Of a stretch of DNA of 23,102 nucleotides, positions 16,955 to 23,102 are shown piece after piece. The position numbers and the translations under genes are program-made. Numbering within the stretch: position 1 is the stretch's first letter; every line of letters begins with the position of its first letter. Under the pieces are notes generated by a model that made no database searches, was not told the DNA's origin, and saw nothing but the letters and a program-made list of their open reading frames with translations. Source of the stretch: Opitutales bacterium (lineage in GTDB: Bacteria; Verrucomicrobiota; Verrucomicrobiia; Opitutales; JABSRG01); contig JBMYOQ010000067.1 of assembly GCA_049599475.1 (NCBI GenBank), positions 1 to 23,102 on the forward strand. The letters run 5' to 3'.

Positions 16955-17194
16955 GGTAGCAAGCCGCCGATCTCCGAGCGGTGGACGGAGGCGAAGCCGG
17001 AGATGGCGTAGTCATGTCACAATTTAAATGCGAAATTAGGGGAGTCTAGAGGTAGCGGCGGACGACCCCGGCCGCCATAACTCGGCTTAGCCGCCCCAGC
17101 TTGCGCGCCCATGATCGCCCAGTGGTCGGTCGCTACCCCCCTAAATAAGCGCGCCTAGCTACTCCGGAGTGGCTCACCGAGACGGTTCGCCCAC
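16955..17194. repeat. Cluster of REP/REPIN-like palindromic elements
   Basis: GGTAGC-led hairpin at 16955-16984 with a degenerate partner to about 17011; inverted GGTAGCG... pair at 17051-17078 and 17111-17137; palindrome at 17157-17174; hairpin GTGGCTCACCGAGACGGTTCGCCCAC at 17169-17194. Confidence 0.7.
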
Positions 17195-17238
17195 TTAACC
17201 CTGAATTCGCCTTTACAGTTTTCGTGCTTCTTTGCGCC

Positions 17239-19047
17239 TTACAGGCGGCACACCAGCAGCTCACGCTCGAAGATCATCTCCTTGGGCAGGCGATCAAAGA
17301 GATGCAGGAAGAGCTCGGTGTGTTGCATGGTTTGCATCTTGGTGCGCTCCGGGTCGAAGCTCATCAACGCATTCCACTCCTCTTCACTGAAATCAAGGCC
17401 ACGCCAATCGATCGAATCGTACTTCGGCATCCACCCCAGCGGCGTCTCTGTCGCAGACGAAAGCCCACGGGTGCGCTCAACAATCCAGCGCAGGACCCGC
17501 ATGTTATCCCGGAAGCCGGGCCACATAAATTTGCCATCTTCGTCCAGACGGAACCAATTAACATTAAAGACGCGCGGTGGCTCTTTGAGGCTTTTTCCAA
17601 ATTGGATATAGTGGCGGAAGTAATCGCCCATGTGATAGCCGATAAACGGGAGCATCGCCATGGGATCGCGGCGCAGTTCACCCTGTGTACCTTCGGCAGC
17701 TGCGGTCTTTTCGGAACCAATCGTCGCCCCAAGGTAGACGCCGTAGGAGTAGTTAAATGCTTGGTAGACGAGCGGCACGTCTGTTACCCGACGCCCTCCA
17801 TAAATGAAGGCACGGATCGGCACACCCACCGGGTTTTCCCAATCGGGGTCGATACACGGGCAGTTTTCCGCCGGTGCGGTGAAGCGGCTATTGGGGTGCG
17901 CTGCAAGCGTCCCGCTCTCGGGAGTCCAGTCGTTGCCCAGCCAATCAATCAAATGCGCCGGCTTCTCTTTAGTCATCCCCTCCCACCAGACATCGCCATC
18001 GTCGGTGAGCGCAACATTCGTGAAGATTGTGTTCTTGCTGCAGGAATCCATGGCGTTGGGATTTGTCGCGTAGGATGTCCCCGGGGCGACTCCGAAAAAG
18101 CCTGCTTCGGGATTAATGGCATGGGGGACTCCCTCGTCATCCGGTTTAATCCAAGCAATATCGTCACCCACACAGGTAACCTTCCAGCCTTCCATTTCGT
18201 CGGGCGGAATCAGCATGGCAAAATTGGTCTTTCCGCAAGCACTCGGGAAGGCAGCGGATACATAGGTCTTTTCGCCATCCGGGGATTCCACCCCCAATAT
18301 CAACATATGCTCGGCCAACCACCCTTCGTCGCGGGCCATCACCGAGGCAATTCGGAGCGCCAGGCACTTTTTCCCGAGCAGCGCATTCCCGCCGTAGCCA
18401 CTACCAAAGGAGACAATCGTCCGCTCCTCCGGGAAATGCACGACGTAGGTGTTTTCTGGATTACAGGGCCAGGCAACATCTTCCTGACCAGGCTCCAGCG
18501 GGCACCCCACACTGTGGAGGCAGGGAACGAAGAAGCCGCGTTCACCCAAAACATTCAAGACAGCATCCCCGATGCGTGCCATGATACGCATGTTTACTAC
18601 CACATACGGTGAGTCCGACAGCTCCACGCCGATCTGAGAAATGTTTGAACCAATCGGCCCCATTGAAAAAGGCACGACATACATCGTGCGCCCACGCATG
18701 CAGCCTTTGAAGAGCTTCTTCATCCGGCGGCGCATCTCCCGGGGCTCTTCCCAATTGTTGGTAGGGCCCGCACCGTCTTTATCTTGGCTACAGATAAAAG
18801 TCCGTTTCTCTACCCGAGCCACATCTCGCGGATCGGAGCGAAAGAGGTAACTGCCCGGGCGCTTCTCTTCGTTGAGCTTGATACACATGCCCGACTCGAC
18901 CATCTCGCCAAACAGACGATCGGCCTCCTCCTGGGTGCCATCGCACCAGTAAACGGAGTCGGGCTCGCACATCTCCACCATTTTACCCACCCATTTGAGC
19001 AGGGCAGCGTGTTTGCATTTCGGGTTCGAGTAGTCGGCTAATGGCAT
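17239..19047 (-). CDS. pckG: Phosphoenolpyruvate carboxykinase (GTP)
   Basis: [43 protein letters not shown] (P-loop), [27 protein letters not shown] and [10 protein letters not shown]. Confidence 0.98.
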   Translation of the reverse strand: MPLADYSNPKCKHAALLKWVGKMVEMCEPDSVYWCDGTQEEADRLFGEMVESGMCIKLNEEKRPGSYLFRSDPRDVARVEKRTFICSQDKDGAGPTNNWEEPREMRRRMKKLFKGCMRGRTMYVVPFSMGPIGSNISQIGVELSDSPYVVVNMRIMARIGDAVLNVLGERGFFVPCLHSVGCPLEPGQEDVAWPCNPENTYVVHFPEERTIVSFGSGYGGNALLGKKCLALRIASVMARDEGWLAEHMLILGVESPDGEKTYVSAAFPSACGKTNFAMLIPPDEMEGWKVTCVGDDIAWIKPDDEGVPHAINPEAGFFGVAPGTSYATNPNAMDSCSKNTIFTNVALTDDGDVWWEGMTKEKPAHLIDWLGNDWTPESGTLAAHPNSRFTAPAENCPCIDPDWENPVGVPIRAFIYGGRRVTDVPLVYQAFNYSYGVYLGATIGSEKTAAAEGTQGELRRDPMAMLPFIGYHMGDYFRHYIQFGKSLKEPPRVFNVNWFRLDEDGKFMWPGFRDNMRVLRWIVERTRGLSSATETPLGWMPKYDSIDWRGLDFSEEEWNALMSFDPERTKMQTMQHTELFLHLFDRLPKEMIFERELLVCRL

Positions 19048-19295
19048 ATGTAAAAACAGTGAAACAAGTTAATCGTTAATAAATCGGAGCATAGACGCTG
19101 CTTATAAGAAATAATCTATTCTCAATAATTTTGAGATAAGCCCAAGGGAAATTTCCTCAACATGTTAATAAGTTTTTCTTAAATTATGGCTTTACATTAT
19201 TTTAAAAACTTATGACATTACCCCTGACCTAAGCGTAAGCGCTTCTACTGCTAGGAAGCGTGCGTGCTTATCTCAGTTAACCGTTTCAACCTGCT
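19048..19295. promoter_or_regulatory. AT-rich divergent promoter region shared by the two PEPCK genes, with palindromes and a 5'UTR hairpin
   Basis: CTTATAAG (19101-19108), TCTCAA-N5-TTGAGA (19120-19136), GGAAATTTCC (19147-19156) and an imperfect hairpin at 19230-19270. Confidence 0.6.
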
Positions 19296-22200
19296 ATGAA
19301 CCAAGCCACCGCATTCGGAATAGATCCTGAAAAGAATAACGGATATGCTCAATCTGAGCACATCAAAGAGTACACTGATTTGAAGCTCGAGGCACTCGGA
19401 CTTCGCGATTCTGAAGAAAATCCTTCACCATTCTCAGAAATCGCCGGCTCTCTTCTAAAGAACTTCCAGGAAAAATCCCGCCTGCTTTCAGATTACCTTC
19501 CACCCGTGGACGCCCGCATCCAGGCATTCATCGACAGCACATTTGGCGATGTGCATGACAAAGAGGACTTACACTTGCCCTCTCAAACCTTTACACTCGA
19601 TCAACATGGGATGGCCCGCCTGGTTTCCCTACCTGAGGTAGGCGATACGTTTGAGTCTCCCATCATGACGAGTTATCGCGTCCAACAGGGCGTCCTGCAC
19701 AATCCACTCAGCGACCGACGCACCACCAAGGGCGTTTTCCACGTCTGCGAAGATGGTTTACCCATCGCTGATGATAAAAAAGCAGTGCCGCGCGTAGCCG
19801 TTGCGCGACTCCTCGCCAAGGCTCTGAAGCCACCCAAGGATATTGCACAACTGCCCTATCTCTCTGGACAAAAAGATTCTCCACCGGTGTGGGTGTCTTT
19901 GATGCTGCGCCCGCTGGTATGCCCTGAAGTGCCTGGATTCATCAAGGAGAAACGCATGGAAGTCCGCTTCTTTGCTCCTGGCACCTTGGTATCAAACCTG
20001 GACTTTGTAGAGTCTATCTTCGGCAACGCTGGCGATCCCACCCTTGCAGACAACGATGCGGGACTCGATATCGACGGCTGGACCGGCACATCTGGCTGCG
20101 TGATCCTGGCACCTCACCTAAACGAGACCACCAAGAAGGAACTCGGCCTACCTCATATCTCAGAAGCGACCGAGCGCCAGAAGCGCGACGGCATGTGCTG
20201 GGAAAAGGAGGACGAGCTCTACAACGAAGGTGGCGCGTTTAAGGTAACCATTCGCGACCAGCAAGGTACCGTAGTCACCCTGATTTCTGACAGTTACTTC
20301 GGCTACTGTAAGAAAGAGGTGAAGACCCAGATCGGCTACTCTGCGAACCTGATGGGCATCTGTGAAGAAGAACACGCAGGCGGAGCCCTCGTCTACTCTT
20401 CTTACGATTTGGGCGAGGAATTCCAATTCGATCACTATTTCGACGCTGTTGAGCATACTTTCTCAGAGGTCGTCGAAAAATGTGCTCCACTTCTCGATAT
20501 CCAGGAAGAGGGCTACGCGATCGACAAGAAGTATCCCGATATCTGGTACGTCCCTGAAGACGTACGCATTTCTTTACTTGAACAGAAAGTAGAATGGAAC
20601 CTGGACGGTAAGACGATCAGCAAGCGTCTTGTACCAGAGACCACCTACGTATTACCTTCTGGATACAAAGTGGAAATGGTAAAACCCGCCAAAGGTCGCC
20701 GCTGGCGCCTGAAGGGCACCGTCTCCGAGGGCCTCTTCTGTCACAAGCCCTGCACCGTTTCTGGTGGGGGTAAATCCGAGATATCTAAATCCATCTCTGA
20801 TGCCATTATCAGCGGGCCCGTCTATATTAAAGACTACCAAGACGATTTCGCCCAGGTAGACACCATCTTCAAGAAGGATGTTAGCAACCGCTTCAACGAA
20901 TTTGCCAACCGTGCACCCGACCCACGCCCCTTCCTCGATGAAGAGCGCTCACTGGGGTCCGTGATCAAGCTGCTCACGCCGTCTCCTATCTACACGGTAG
21001 AATACAACGCCTGGCTCGATACCATTCCTCAGCATATCAAGGATTTGGCCTTCGTCATCAAGCGTTTCTATCGCAAAGATTGGGGCGACAACTGGCAGGA
21101 GCGCTTCAGCGTCGATACCATCGACGGACGCCCTGGTAACGAGTTGCGCTACAAAAGCCAAAAGCTGATCACCCAATTCCTCCGTGTCGGATACAATCCT
21201 GATGGCACCTGGCGGACATTCTCTCTGCGTAAGGACTTCATGCCTGCGATCAAGATATCTCAAGAAGACGATATCAGCGGCGCAGTCGTTGTCCCAAGCA
21301 CAGCGGTCGAAGGCCTGGATCCAGAGACAACCAATCCGTCCATGAAGTTCATCGAGAACTGTGAGTCTCGTTTCTTCCAACGTCCCGACGATGCCATTCA
21401 CCGTGGCTACGACATTCAGACAGAGCTCGATATGGCAGGGCCTGGTAATTTGTTCGCCAATTACGAGCCGCTCACCAAGCAGGACGCAATCGAGCAATTC
21501 GAAGATCCAATCCGTTTCGAGCAATACACTCAACCGGTTCAGGATATGATCAAGGCATTCATCGAGGATGAAAATTCTCCTGAATACTTCTGCTCCCCTG
21601 CGAATCCACGGATAGTCGACGGCAAGCCTACCAAAAATCCACGCTACCAGCAGGTCCGTCCAGACCTTCTGCGCCTCCGCGAAAACTACCTCTGCGACAT
21701 GGGCACGCGCCTGAACCGCAAGCTGAGCGCGGAAGCTCCAGTGCACAACCCTGTAGGAGCGGTTCTTCCAGGGCGTCGTAACAACCCACCTGAGCTATCA
21801 GCAGGCATCCGTTCACTCGCCGTGTATAATCCAATCCACTACATGGAGCTGCCTGAGCTCTTCATGGAATTCATCGCGAGTATCACCGGTAAGTCTCCTT
21901 CCACTACAGGAGCAGGCTCTGAAGGTGCGATGACCAAGGCTCCGTTCAACTGCCTCTGGGCAGTGCACGATCTAAACGCCGCACTCATCTCCTTCGCCAC
22001 GACCCAATACGATGCCTTCCTAACATCTGCGGGTTGCACCGGACCAGATTATCGAGTCGATCACGACGTAAGTCTCCTAATCCCTGAGCTCTGGAGCCGC
22101 ATGCGCCCTGAAGAACGCAAGGCGGACTACCTCATCGAGAAGAGATATATCGAGCCGATCAAGGACTTCGAATACAACGGAGAAACTATCCCAGCAAGCC

Positions 22201-22787
22201 GCCTCGGCTACCGTATTACCGATTCCTTTGTAAGGATATTCTTCGGACGTATCTTCAACAATCCTTCTGCTGTATTCCCTGAGGAGATGCTCAAGCCTGA
22301 GACTCAAGGAATGGATGTCTATGTAGATGGCATTAAAAATATCGCCGACGCACACCAGTGGGTTGCGCAATATTACCTCAATGACGGATCCGTCGAAGAG
22401 GCTCTGCCACCGCTCAAGGCCCTCCTCTACATCATGGCAACCGGCAGCTACGAAGGCAAGGGTCTCACCGATCCTGAAATCCGCGCCATGTTCGAGCCGG
22501 AAGCTATCCTTAACAGCGACTACTACGCAGAGCGCCTAAGCAACTTGCAAACACGCGACGCCCACCTAGTCGAAAAGCAAAAGGCATACATCGCCGAATA
22601 CATCGAGAAAACAGGATTTGCTCAATACGAGCAGACCCTCGCAGATCTCGATGCAAAGAAAGCCGCGATCGAAACCGAAGGCTACACAGCCGGCCTGAAA
22701 GGCACACTCGGTTGCGGGTTCAATTACGCAAATAAAGGCAAAACCAATGACGCAGCACAAAACGAAGACATGCTGCAAACAGTCTAA
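19296..22787 (+). CDS. Pyrophosphate-dependent PEP carboxykinase (PPi-PEPCK, PEP carboxytransphosphorylase)
   Basis: 1163 aa, the typical size for this class. Motifs QGVLHNP-SDRRTTKGVFH, LVSNLDFVESIFGNAGDP, YFGYCKKEVKTQI, EEEHAGGA, HKPCTVSGGGKSEISKS, FQRPDDAIHRGYD and TGKSPSTTGAGSEGA match the family characterised in Entamoeba and Propionibacterium. Confidence 0.92.
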   Translation: MNQATAFGIDPEKNNGYAQSEHIKEYTDLKLEALGLRDSEENPSPFSEIAGSLLKNFQEKSRLLSDYLPPVDARIQAFIDSTFGDVHDKEDLHLPSQTFTLDQHGMARLVSLPEVGDTFESPIMTSYRVQQGVLHNPLSDRRTTKGVFHVCEDGLPIADDKKAVPRVAVARLLAKALKPPKDIAQLPYLSGQKDSPPVWVSLMLRPLVCPEVPGFIKEKRMEVRFFAPGTLVSNLDFVESIFGNAGDPTLADNDAGLDIDGWTGTSGCVILAPHLNETTKKELGLPHISEATERQKRDGMCWEKEDELYNEGGAFKVTIRDQQGTVVTLISDSYFGYCKKEVKTQIGYSANLMGICEEEHAGGALVYSSYDLGEEFQFDHYFDAVEHTFSEVVEKCAPLLDIQEEGYAIDKKYPDIWYVPEDVRISLLEQKVEWNLDGKTISKRLVPETTYVLPSGYKVEMVKPAKGRRWRLKGTVSEGLFCHKPCTVSGGGKSEISKSISDAIISGPVYIKDYQDDFAQVDTIFKKDVSNRFNEFANRAPDPRPFLDEERSLGSVIKLLTPSPIYTVEYNAWLDTIPQHIKDLAFVIKRFYRKDWGDNWQERFSVDTIDGRPGNELRYKSQKLITQFLRVGYNPDGTWRTFSLRKDFMPAIKISQEDDISGAVVVPSTAVEGLDPETTNPSMKFIENCESRFFQRPDDAIHRGYDIQTELDMAGPGNLFANYEPLTKQDAIEQFEDPIRFEQYTQPVQDMIKAFIEDENSPEYFCSPANPRIVDGKPTKNPRYQQVRPDLLRLRENYLCDMGTRLNRKLSAEAPVHNPVGAVLPGRRNNPPELSAGIRSLAVYNPIHYMELPELFMEFIASITGKSPSTTGAGSEGAMTKAPFNCLWAVHDLNAALISFATTQYDAFLTSAGCTGPDYRVDHDVSLLIPELWSRMRPEERKADYLIEKRYIEPIKDFEYNGETIPASRLGYRITDSFVRIFFGRIFNNPSAVFPEEMLKPETQGMDVYVDGIKNIADAHQWVAQYYLNDGSVEEALPPLKALLYIMATGSYEGKGLTDPEIRAMFEPEAILNSDYYAERLSNLQTRDAHLVEKQKAYIAEYIEKTGFAQYEQTLADLDAKKAAIETEGYTAGLKGTLGCGFNYANKGKTNDAAQNEDMLQTV

Positions 22788-22813
22788 GGCAATCGCCTAA
22801 AAGCCCTAACTTC

Positions 22814-22851
22814 AAAGGCCCCACGGACATCCATCCGCGGGGCCTTTTTTT
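22814..22851 (+). terminator. Intrinsic terminator of the PPi-PEPCK gene
   Basis: AAAGGCCCCACGGA-loop-TCCGCGGGGCC followed by T7, 26 nt after the stop codon. Confidence 0.9.
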
Positions 22852-22874
22852 ATTTTGTAAAGCCAGATCACGGA

Positions 22875-23055
22875 GCTCCCACGGCTCGGAGAGCCGCGGC
22901 TACCAGAAACAAAACATGCACACTCACACCTTAGCCCACCTCACAGGTAGCCGATTTCCAAGCGGCTGAGCCTATACGCTCCCACGGCTCGGAGAGCCGC
23001 GGCTACCAGAAATTAAAACAAGCAAACTCACACCTTAGCCCACCTCACAGGTAGC
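22875..23055. repeat. BIME-like direct repeat: two ~77-nt units (period 103 nt), each carrying a GTAG-class REP
   Basis: Units 22875-22951 and 22978-23055 both start GCTCCCACGGCTCGGAGAGCCGCGGCTACCAGAAA and end ACTCACACCTTAGCCCACCTCACAGGTAGC. A degenerate REP in the opposite orientation lies between them. Confidence 0.85.
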
Positions 23056-23102
23056 AACTGTGTTTCTATGCCGAGCATAATATTGATTTTTTCAGTAAAG
23101 AT

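Noticed and set aside
17224..18612. 462-aa plus-strand ORF
   Set aside because: Lies antisense to the highly conserved pckG, has no recognisable motifs, and is best explained as a shadow ORF from codon bias.
20949..21746. 265-aa minus-strand ORF and other short ORFs inside the PPi-PEPCK gene
   Set aside because: Antisense or out-of-frame shadows of a well-supported gene.
22875..23055. Possible CRISPR array
   Set aside because: Only two units, the would-be spacers are themselves repeated, the hairpins are REP-like, and no cas genes are present.

Overview
A 23.1 kb bacterial chromosomal segment. Protein styles (PVC-type TPR tail, delta-60 protein with a C-terminal FFRV tail, MCP layout, GTAG-class REPs) suggest Verrucomicrobiota/Opitutia; this is inference. 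The window opens inside the end of an IS21-like element that truncates a VWA-domain gene missing from the ORF track. A minus-strand accessory block follows: Sel1/TPR protein, delta-60 repeat protein, VOC protein, serine hydrolase, membrane protein, DUF6504-like protein and beta-helix protein. Next come mutS, a candidate aromatic-codon leader peptide with a switchable hairpin coupled to an FAD oxidoreductase, a heme-c (CxxCH) chemoreceptor, a tightly coupled sufS-sufU-clpS-DUF2017(AosR-like) operon and a REP cluster. The window ends with a head-to-head pair of two PEP carboxykinase classes (GTP-type pckG and PPi-type PEPCK) and a BIME-like repeat. The best candidates for new biology are the divergent dual-PEPCK locus, the FYWWF leader/RNA switch, and the Suf-ClpS-AosR-like operon. 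All family calls rest on motif recognition, not database searches.
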